Assembly: GCA_963664875.1 (NCBI GenBank)
Contig: OY761611.1
Span: forward strand, 3,104,001-3,168,000
Direction: 5' to 3'
DNA from: Candidatus Kapaibacterium sp.
GTDB lineage: Bacteria; Bacteroidota; Ignavibacteria; Kapaibacteriales; UBA2268
Length of the DNA stretch: 64,000 nt
Below, one piece after another: positions 40,578 to 49,700 of the stretch. Position numbers and translations under genes: made by a program. Within the stretch, counting starts at the first letter, position 1. Each line of letters begins with the position of its first letter. Below the pieces are notes generated by a model. The model did not search any database, was not told the DNA's origin, and worked only from the letters and a program-made list of their open reading frames with translations.

Positions 40578-40680
40578 TCATTGAGCAAGAGAAAGGTTGC
40601 TGAGCTGAGAGTTTATGTCGAGCAAAGTAGAGGTAAAGCATAACCCCTTGCCAAGAAACAAGATAACGACTTAAATTGGT
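40578..40680. repeat. Dispersed intergenic repeat (REP-like composite), copy A
   Basis: Core 40592-40647 is 51/56 identical to 45338-45393. Confidence 0.85.
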
Positions 40681-40832
40681 TTTCAAATGATAAATTCTAT
40701 CTAACTAATTGCAAGAAAGTAGTTGTTAGAATGAAAAACAACGATATGAAGAAAAATTTATTATATTAAACCATATTGAGTTTATTAGTTAAACGTTGCA
40801 GTCGTATAATATAGACTAATATGAATATATTT

Positions 40833-40917
40833 TCAGCCTGAAAGGCTGATAGATAATAGCCCATGGCAGCGCCATGGGACGGTTGCAAGTATTGAGTAAA
40901 CAGAGCCCTGTAAGGGC
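40833..40917. repeat. Triple-hairpin REP-like element
   Basis: TCAGCC-TGAAA-GGCTGA, CCCATGGC-AGC-GCCATGGG, GCCCT-GTA-AGGGC; GC-rich in an AT-rich spacer. Confidence 0.65.
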
Positions 40918-41355
40918 GGCAAGACTTTTCTTTACAGGTGATATAAATAAGAGATTGGTGTTACTTTTTCCATTTCTTTTTCTTTTTTTTGCGATAAAAA
41001 AGAAAAAGAAACGGAAACCAAAGAAAAAGAAAAAAGAACGCTTTGTCTCCTCTTCTCATCTAGTGTTTAAGCGTAAGATGTACATCCAATTAAGGAATTA
41101 CTGAAAACAAATGTCTATATTATGGAGTGCTGATTCAATATAGGCAATACACGGACTATTTACTATGATATCATATATATTTTTCGACTAAATGATATTT
41201 AAAAGAATAAAATAGACAAACAGTTAGCTCCTTTTTGCCACAAACGAAAGTTTGTATTAGGTATTTGGGTTTATACTTTTTGGACGAGGCTGTGTGTTAT
41301 AAAAAAAGCCTCTAAAATTTTTAGAAGCTTTTGTATAATCAGAGAAATTATTTAG

Positions 41356-42792
41356 CTATTGCTTGTAGTTTTTGATAAAATCGAATAATAGTCTTACGCC
41401 TACTCCTGTGCCGCCCTTAGTTCTGTATGAATCATTTGACGGAATGAATGCCGGACCTGCTATATCCAAATGTATAAAAGGATAATCGGTAAATTTTTCA
41501 AGGAATTTCCCTGCAGTTATTGCTCCTGCCAATTTGCCGCCAATGTTTTTCATGTCAGCTATGTCGGATTTCATTAACTCGAAATACTCATCCCAGAAAG
41601 GGAATTCTGCAATTCTTTCATAAGTGTTGTACCCGCTTTTATGGAGAGCGTCCATATATTTTCTGTCAGCGTTGCCCATAGCAACTATACCATGAGGACC
41701 AATAGCTGCGTGGGCTGCTCCTGTTAGGGTTGCGATGTCTATGATTAGTTCAGGGTCGAACTCTTTTGCGTAGCTGATTGCATCAGCAAGAATCATTCTG
41801 CCCTCGGCATCAGTATTTAGCACTTCAACTGTCATTCCGTTGTGCATTTTGACTACATCTCCCGGCACATAGGCATTGCCGTCAGGTCTGTTGTCGGTAG
41901 CAGGAATCAAAGCGATTACTTTCATAGGTAGTTTTGCTTTGGCTATTGCGTACATTGCTCCAAAAACTGCAGCTCCTCCGCCCATATCAGATTTCATTTC
42001 ATCCATCGAGCCGGGGGTTGGCTTCAAGCTCAGACCACCTGTATCATACACAATTCCTTTGCCTACAAGCACAATAGGCTTCTCATTCTTTGCATTATCC
42101 GGAGTGTATGATAGTATAGAAAAAGTAGGAGGATCAATGCTGCCTTTGTTTACAGCAAGCAATCCGCCCATGCCCAATTCTTCAATTTTAGCTTTGTTGA
42201 GTATCTTTGTTTTATAACCGGCTTCATCGTCTCCGTATTTTTTTATATCCATAGCCAGCTGCACTGCGTTGAGATATGAAAGCGGCTCATTTACCAAATT
42301 TCTGGCGATAATAGTAGCATCTACCACTGCGTTTATTTCATTTAATTCTTCTTCACTTATGTCTTTATCGAATAGCTCTATGGACTTGAGAGGGGGAGTG
42401 ATTTTATCCAAATCTTTTGTAAAGTATTTGACGAATTTGTAAGAGGCAAGAGCCAAACCTTCCGCGACTGAAAGCAGTGAAGATTTTCTTCCGTTTAAAC
42501 ATCTGATTGCAACTGTTTCGATCTTCTCCGACTGAATAGTAGCAGCAAAAGCAGCACCGGCTTTTCTTAGAGTCTCATTTCTTTTATAATCTTCTGCGTC
42601 TTCATCAATAATGATAAAAAGATATTTATCATAAAGATTCACGAGTATTTGCTTCTCATCTGATTCAATTTTGCGCTGCACAAAACCTAAGCTATGCTCA
42701 TCTAAGCCTAAAGATTGCAAATCTATATTTTTACTGTCGATGACTATAGTATTTTTGCCTTCAACTGAGTCTGTTTTTTTGAAAAAGTTCAT
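41356..42792 (-). CDS. pepA: Leucyl aminopeptidase (M17)
   Basis: LVGKGIVYDTGG, MKSDMGG, NTDAEGR, IATLTGA, HLDIAG. Confidence 0.95.
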   Translation of the reverse strand: MNFFKKTDSVEGKNTIVIDSKNIDLQSLGLDEHSLGFVQRKIESDEKQILVNLYDKYLFIIIDEDAEDYKRNETLRKAGAAFAATIQSEKIETVAIRCLNGRKSSLLSVAEGLALASYKFVKYFTKDLDKITPPLKSIELFDKDISEEELNEINAVVDATIIARNLVNEPLSYLNAVQLAMDIKKYGDDEAGYKTKILNKAKIEELGMGGLLAVNKGSIDPPTFSILSYTPDNAKNEKPIVLVGKGIVYDTGGLSLKPTPGSMDEMKSDMGGGAAVFGAMYAIAKAKLPMKVIALIPATDNRPDGNAYVPGDVVKMHNGMTVEVLNTDAEGRMILADAISYAKEFDPELIIDIATLTGAAHAAIGPHGIVAMGNADRKYMDALHKSGYNTYERIAEFPFWDEYFELMKSDIADMKNIGGKLAGAITAGKFLEKFTDYPFIHLDIAGPAFIPSNDSYRTKGGTGVGVRLLFDFIKNYKQ

Positions 42793-43001
42793 AAATATAC
42801 CTCTATCCTAAATATTGTTTTTGTCTCTTCAAAGTTATGTAAATCAGACGAAACAAATACACTATACATTGTTTCTGTAAACTTGATTATAGATTTCCCG
42901 CATAATTTTCTACATATAAATGCATTCTGATTAGAATAAACTATCGGGAATTATTTAGTAAATTGTTTAAATGTGAAATCTCTGATTTTAAGTTTCTTTC
43001 T

Positions 43002-45278
43002 ATGTATAAATTGCTAAAAATATTATTCGTATTTGCTCTGCTGTTTCTTGTCCTGGACTTAGCTTTTCCGTTCCGTCCGGTATCTGATTATTCCACTACT
43101 GTTTATGACACAAATGGTAATATACTTTCTACTTTTTTGAATAATACTGACAAATGGCGTCTCTATGCATCATTAGAAGAGGTTTCGGACGATTTTGTAA
43201 AAGCAATTTTAGAAAAGGAAGATTCTGGTTTTTACTATCATTTAGGATTCAATCCTTTTTCAATTTTGAGAGCTGCTTACTCTAATATAAGTTCCGCAAA
43301 AGTTGTTTCAGGTGCCTCGACTATATCTATGCAACTTGCCCGATTGTTAGAACCTAAAGAAAGGACTATCGTAAATAAGATAATCGAAGTATTCAGAGCT
43401 ATGCAGTTAGAATTGCATTACTCCAAAAAAGAGATTTTGGAGATGTACCTCAATCGCATCCCTTTTGGCGGCAATATTGAAGGTATCAAATCAGCTTCAA
43501 TATTCTTTCTTGGCAAATCTCCAAAAGATTTATCTCTCGGAGAAAGCATTTGCCTTTCTTTTATTCCAAACAACCCAAATAAGTTTAGAATCGGAGAAAA
43601 TAATCAGGCTATTAACACCGAAAAAAACTTCTGGTTAGATTATCATAAAAGCAATGGTACTTTTTCTATTTCAAGATTAGCTTCAGCTCGAAACGAAGAA
43701 TTTACATCATTTCGGCGGGGTAGGCATAAATATGCATTGCATTTTTGCGAAAATATTAAGAAGCTAAATACTCAAGACAACAATATTGAAACAACCTTAG
43801 ATTTATCCTTACAACTGCCTTTAGAAAAGCTTTGCTTCAACTACACAAAAAGCTTGGCTATGCGGGATATTCACAACTCTGCAGTCATAGTTACAGACAA
43901 TCACACAGGCGAAGTTGTAGCTTATGTTGGCTCTAATGATTTTTTCGATATGGAACATTCCGGGCAGGTAGATGGAGTTAAAGCAATCAGATCGCCGGGT
44001 AGTACTTTGAAACCAATTGTCTATATCATGGCAATGGAAGCAGGAATCATCACTCCTAAGACCAAATTGCCTGACATTCCTATGGATTTTGGACTATACT
44101 CACCAGAAAATTTTGACAAAACTTTTTCAGGTTGGATAAGTGCTGAGGATGCACTTGCGAAATCGCTAAATGTGCCTGCAGTCTATTTATTGAACAAACT
44201 GAGTAAAGATGATTTTTATACACGCCTGATAAGAATGCACTTTGCTAAGCTCAGCAAAAACAAATCTGATATAGGTCTTTCTGCAATTTTGGGAGCTTGT
44301 GGAGTCTCTCTCGAAGAGCTAAACGGTCTTTATAGGTGTATAGCCAATGGCGGAGTATATTCCAAAGCTCACTTCCTTAAAACAGAACACACAAAGAAAT
44401 TTGATACTATATTCAACCCAATGGCTAACGAAATGGTAAGCCGAATGCTTACAAAACTGCAAAGGCCGGATTACCCTTTTGCATACCAATATTCAAAAGA
44501 TTTGCCCGAAATTGCATGGAAAACAGGCACATCTTACGGTAGAAAGGACGCTTGGAGCGTTGGTTTTACTTCAAAATATACTGTTGGTGTGTGGGCAGGC
44601 AATTTTGACAACAAAGGTGCTGCAGGACTGACAGGTGCTTCGATTGCTACGCCATTACTATTTGACATTTTTCGCATATTGGAACAGTCCAATCCTTCAG
44701 GTAAGCTACCCACTAAGGAGTTGTCCGAAAGAGAAGTGTGCTCAGTTACAGGCTTACCTGCCGGGAAGCATTGTCCCAAATCGTTGGATTTCTATATACC
44801 ATTTATCTCAACAAATGAAATATGTAATCACATACGAGAAACTTATATCTCGATTGACGGCAAATATGAATATTGCTATGACTGCCTTCCTGATAAAAAC
44901 TACAAAAAAGTAATCATGGAGTATTATCCACCGGAAATTGCAGAATTTTATAAAAAGAATCAACTTCCTCACCCTGAGCAGCTACCACACAACCCAAAAT
45001 GTACAAGATTAGTTGCTGCAAATAAGCCAACTATTACTTCACCATTGGAAAATCAGGAATATCTTGCAGAAAAAGGCAAGTTTAAATTAGAGCTTACTGC
45101 TGTGATTTCCTCAGATGCTTCAAATATGAATTGGTATGCAGACGGCAAATTCATAGGTTCCTGCAATGTCGGTGAAAAGATATTTTATACACCCGAAATA
45201 AGCGGCTCACAAAAAATTACCTGCACAGACAATCTCGGCAGAAGTACCAGTATATTTATAAAAATATCATTCTTTTAA
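43002..45278 (+). CDS. pbpC: Penicillin-binding protein 1C
   Basis: EKED..FYYHLG, SGASTISMQLARL, RSPGSTLKP, SLNVPAV, WKTGTSYG, C-terminal BiPBP_C-like domain. Confidence 0.92.
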   Translation: MYKLLKILFVFALLFLVLDLAFPFRPVSDYSTTVYDTNGNILSTFLNNTDKWRLYASLEEVSDDFVKAILEKEDSGFYYHLGFNPFSILRAAYSNISSAKVVSGASTISMQLARLLEPKERTIVNKIIEVFRAMQLELHYSKKEILEMYLNRIPFGGNIEGIKSASIFFLGKSPKDLSLGESICLSFIPNNPNKFRIGENNQAINTEKNFWLDYHKSNGTFSISRLASARNEEFTSFRRGRHKYALHFCENIKKLNTQDNNIETTLDLSLQLPLEKLCFNYTKSLAMRDIHNSAVIVTDNHTGEVVAYVGSNDFFDMEHSGQVDGVKAIRSPGSTLKPIVYIMAMEAGIITPKTKLPDIPMDFGLYSPENFDKTFSGWISAEDALAKSLNVPAVYLLNKLSKDDFYTRLIRMHFAKLSKNKSDIGLSAILGACGVSLEELNGLYRCIANGGVYSKAHFLKTEHTKKFDTIFNPMANEMVSRMLTKLQRPDYPFAYQYSKDLPEIAWKTGTSYGRKDAWSVGFTSKYTVGVWAGNFDNKGAAGLTGASIATPLLFDIFRILEQSNPSGKLPTKELSEREVCSVTGLPAGKHCPKSLDFYIPFISTNEICNHIRETYISIDGKYEYCYDCLPDKNYKKVIMEYYPPEIAEFYKKNQLPHPEQLPHNPKCTRLVAANKPTITSPLENQEYLAEKGKFKLELTAVISSDASNMNWYADGKFIGSCNVGEKIFYTPEISGSQKITCTDNLGRSTSIFIKISFF

Positions 45279-45323
45279 TAAGAGCTTTCACCTCTCTGTT
45301 CCAAGTAAAACATACATAATGAT

Positions 45324-45426
45324 TCATTGAACAAGGGAAAGGTTGCCGAGCTGAGAGTTTATACCGAGTAAAGTCGAGGTAAAGCATAACCCCGTACTAA
45401 TAAACAATCTAACGACGCAAATAGGT
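45324..45426. repeat. Dispersed intergenic repeat (REP-like composite), copy B
   Basis: Matches 40578-40680. Confidence 0.85.
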
Positions 45427-45680
45427 CTTCCTAATATCATATTGGGAATAATATATCCTTAACAAAAAGAGGATTGGTCAAATAATATATTCGCCAATCC
45501 TCACCCATGTCATTCCGTCAAATGACATGAAAAAAACAAGAAGGTTTTTCAAACAAATATAAGGAATTTCTTAAGATAAACACTATCCAAGATTATTTTT
45601 CGTGATGCTTTTTTCTATGATAGTTCAGATAAGGTAATATTTCAGGAAAAGATTTCGAGACAATATCTATCAAAGCTCTG

Positions 45681-46586
45681 CTAATCTACCTCCGCTTTTG
45701 GATGTGCCTTTTGATATGCCTCTTTTAGTCTTTCTATGGAAACATGCGTATAAATTTGAGTAGTTGAAAGCGAGGCATGGCCAAGCATATCGCTCACAGC
45801 TTTCAAATCTGCACCATTATCCAATAGATGTGTCGCAAAACTATGTCTGAGTACATGCGGGCTTTTTTGCTTAGACTCAGTTATGCCTTTCATAGCTGCA
45901 TTTACCATCTTATATGCAGAGGAGTGACTCAATCTTTGTCCTTTTGTATTCAAAAAAAGTGCATTTTCTTTAAAGTCTTTCAAAAGAGCAGGACGGTGAA
46001 TAAGATAATTATCCAATGCTTCGTGTGCTTTGCTCCCAAATGGTATGATTCTTTCTTTGGAGCCTTTGCCTGTAACTTTGATAACCCTACTGCTCAAATT
46101 CAGATTGCCTGCATTTAACTGCAAAGCCTCGTTTATCCTTAGCCCGGAACTATAAATCAGCTCGCATAAAGCAAGATTTCTTGCACCTATTGGCTCATCT
46201 TTGTCAAAATTTGAAAACATATTATCAACTTCATTTTCAACAAGAAATGACGGCAACTTTTTATCCTTTTTGGGTGTATTTACCATAGTAGCCGGATTAT
46301 TTGGAATGAAATCTCGTTTATGGCAAAACTTGAAAAATGACTTGACCGCAGAAACTTTCATCCTTAAACTGTTTTTTTTAAGGCCTCTATCGTGAAGCCA
46401 TCCGAGGAATGGACGCAAATCATTTGTGGCAATATTCGCGAGCAAAGGGACTGAGTCATAATCTTCGAAAAAGTAATCGTAGAGATTTGCCATTGCAAGG
46501 CGATAACTTTCCAAAGAGTGTTTTGAGAAATCTTTTTCTATTTCGCAGTATTCCAAAAATGCTCTGATTGCTGAAGTTAAATCCAT
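45681..46586 (-). CDS. xerC: Tyrosine recombinase XerC/XerD family
   Basis: LIYSSGLRINE, GKGSKER, SPHVLRHSFATHLL, LGHASLSTTQIYTHV, HPKA. Confidence 0.88.
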   Translation of the reverse strand: MDLTSAIRAFLEYCEIEKDFSKHSLESYRLAMANLYDYFFEDYDSVPLLANIATNDLRPFLGWLHDRGLKKNSLRMKVSAVKSFFKFCHKRDFIPNNPATMVNTPKKDKKLPSFLVENEVDNMFSNFDKDEPIGARNLALCELIYSSGLRINEALQLNAGNLNLSSRVIKVTGKGSKERIIPFGSKAHEALDNYLIHRPALLKDFKENALFLNTKGQRLSHSSAYKMVNAAMKGITESKQKSPHVLRHSFATHLLDNGADLKAVSDMLGHASLSTTQIYTHVSIERLKEAYQKAHPKAEVD

Positions 46587-46776
46587 CTCAAATTTACCGT
46601 ATTGTTTTTAGATGCGGGTTGCGTGTGTAATTGACTTTATTAACTTCAAATATCAAGCCAAACTTCCCCTGCAATGCTCTTGAAATATGGACGTAAGTAT
46701 AATAAAGTTTGTTCTTTTTACAAAAATTAGTTAATTAGATTTAGACTTTCTGACTAATGGACAGGTTGATAAAATT

Positions 46777-49700
46777 ATGAAAAATATTGCTGCTTTGATT
46801 TTGCTTATACTCAGTACATTTGTGAGTGTTTCTGCTCAAAACGTATCGTATATTTTGCCCGATATTGGCTCTCCGGGAATGAATACTTACATAGAAATTA
46901 TAGCCCATGTCGATTCCATCGGCACTTATGGCACTGACAAAACTTACTGGGGTGTTCCTTCAGACGAATTGAAGATAGTATTTGAAAATCCAAACGATAC
47001 TAATGATATTGTTGTAGGACCTCTTATTGTATCTTGGAATGGCAGGCTTATTTCAACCCAAATTTTTGTCAATCCCGACGTTAATCCTAATACTTGGGAT
47101 TGGCAGGCTCTAAATTCCCAGTTTAACAAGCGTTTCGCTGTGGAGTATCAGGGTAGGCGTTCTGCTTATCAGGATTTTTACGTGATTGATCCAACTCCTT
47201 TGGGTGATGTAACAGCTAATTCTGAAAGATATTTAGGCGAAGGAACATTAGGCAAGCGTTCACCACGCGGAGCAATGATAGTCGATTCTTTAGTATTGGC
47301 AGATAAAGCCTACTATCCGTCCCTAAAGGATTGCGATCCGGTTACGCCCGGCAATCAGGCGTACCTGCCTTTTGTGCTGATGGCTAAATACTCCATCAAA
47401 GGAGCAGCAAATACAGTAATAGATATGACAGGCGGAAAAAGAGGTCAGAATACTGAAATGCAAGATGCAGCTCCCGGCGGCGGTGGCGGTGGTGGTGCTT
47501 TTGAAGATGTGAACACAGACAGATCCAGTGGCAGAAGGGCAGGGAATGGATTTACCTGTGGTGGATTTGGTGGCTCTAATACTTTTTTGATTAGTAAAAC
47601 AGGATATTGGGTAGATATAAATAATTCTATGTCATCTTTTACGGGCGGATTTTCTCTTAATGGACTAAAAGGTGGCGAAACAAAAACATTTTGTGCTGAA
47701 TGTGCCGGAGGTGGCACAGGACATCCTTTTGGTAAGTCAGGCGAAGGCTCGGACGGACAAAATGACCAATCCAAAGTTGGTTATTATGGAGGTGGCAGTG
47801 GCTATAGCAATGATCAAAACGGTGGTAGTGCCGGCTATGCCCGCCCGGGTACAGGTCCGGGTAATACTGGTGGAAAGGTACATGGCAATGTCATGATTGT
47901 TCCTCTTGCCGGCGGTTCCGGCGGTTCATCCGGTAATCCGCAACCTGAGTTTGTAGAAAATGAATGGGGTGGCTCCGGTGGCGGTGGCGGAGGTGCTTTG
48001 CGACTTTATGCACGGGAAATAATAGGCTTAGATATTCCTGCTGTGGGTGGAGAGGGTGAAGGTGCTGACGATGCTGAGGGAGGCAATGGTTCCGGTGGTG
48101 CTATTGAGCTTTCGGCTAACTCAAGATTAGTAGATATTAAAACTAATGTCTCCGGTAATAATAAACATGGGTACGTAGGCGGTGCCGGCTATATCAAGGT
48201 TAATGCTGCGAACCAATCATCTATAGTCGATAATACCACTAATGGTCTGCCTATTTATAATTCTGTCAGCTCTGATTCTTTGCAATACGTCCCACGCATT
48301 TTTACTCTTACCGGAACAAAAGATGCTTCCAAAGATGTGAAACTTATGTTTAAAATCGGCAAAAATCCTTGGAAAGATGTAAGTTCTTTTGCTAATATCG
48401 TTGGCAATAGTTGGTCTCTTGATTTCGATCTGACTGCTTATATGACCGATAAATACTTCTATTTCTACGCTTTTCAGGAAGAAACCGGTGTCGGTGCTAA
48501 CCAATATCTGAATATTCCTGATGGAGTGCTCTCTCAGTCTGCAGCCAACATCTTTATACCTGTAGATGAACCTATGATAGGTGGCGACGAAAATGTTTAT
48601 ATGACTGTGCAGGCTTGTCCGGGTAATGAAGTGACCAGAGATTTTTATCTGACAAATATAGGAGCTGTTCCTCTTGATATTGATTTTTCGAGTGCTATGT
48701 TTGCTCGAAATACAAATGGTTTGTCACTTGTCTCTCCTACGTCAGATATTGAATTATCTAAACACAAAGACTCTGTGACTGTAAAACTTAAATACGTCTT
48801 CCAAAAAGGAGCAACCGGGCCAATCTACGATACTCTCCTTGTTGCTCATAATGACACTCGCTCCGGCACTCCTAAGCCTTGGAGGGTAGCTGTAACCATT
48901 TTTATTGAACAATTTGATTACTCAATTTTAGACGAAAACGACTCAGAATTAAATTTTTCCGCAGGAGATGAACTTGATCTTGGCAAGATTTGCCGTGACG
49001 AACTTGTTCAAAAGCCACTATATATCAAAAACAACGCAATTGCAAGGTTTACAACTGAAAACTTTGCATGGGTTAATAGCAACAAAGGCTTTACTTATCA
49101 ACTTATAGAAGATGGCCCCTTAGATCAGAACGAGCGAGCTTCTCTAATAATCACATACGATGACTCTGCTCAACCTAAGACAGGTATTGAAGTAAAGGAT
49201 ACTCTCTATTTTAATCTCGAAGAATGCCCGGAAATCACAGATTCTGTAATAGTTTCCGTGAGTTTTCTTTATTCTACTCTATTCGTGGGAGATGATTTTA
49301 ACTTTGGTTCTGTCAGAGTTGATGAAACTAAAACAGTAACTGCCAAAATTGAAAATATTGGAAATTCAGATGCTTTGATTCAGTCTTTGCCGGCAGTATC
49401 TGCACCATTTTCAATTATATCATATTCTCCAAGCCCATTGCCTGTAACTTTGCAGCCCGGTGAGTCTATGACTGTTACTATGGAATATGCTCCAACTGCA
49501 GCGAATGATGATAGCGGAACTTTTACTGTGCAATCTGCCAAACAGGGCTTGTCATGTGCCGGTAGTATAGACGTACCTATCACGGCTTCTTCATATCAAT
49601 CAGCAATCGAATTGTCTAAAGATACTTTGAATTTTGGTATTGTTCCCGAATGTGACGTACCTCTTGATACTCTTGTACTTTCCAATAATCCATCAGCATC

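Noticed and set aside
40874-41104. 76-aa ORF with FPFLFLFF/KKKKKRKPKKKKK
   Set aside because: Translation of the REP and the pyrimidine/purine hairpin; low complexity
41221-41295. Sequence reminiscent of an IS terminal region (...TACTTTTTGGACGAGGCTG)
   Set aside because: No partner inverted repeat or transposase remnant could be identified by eye
40277-41355. CRISPR array or rRNA/ncRNA in the large intergenic gap
   Set aside because: No regularly spaced direct repeats and no recognisable conserved RNA motif
42825-42920. Possible dif site (TTATGTAAAT half-site)
   Set aside because: No properly spaced XerC arm; such AT-rich half-sites also occur elsewhere (e.g. about 9499)
45681-46586. Tyrosine recombinase as an integron or island integrase
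   Set aside because: It looks like housekeeping XerC/D in length and motifs, with no IntI-specific insertion and no adjacent cassettes or phage genes
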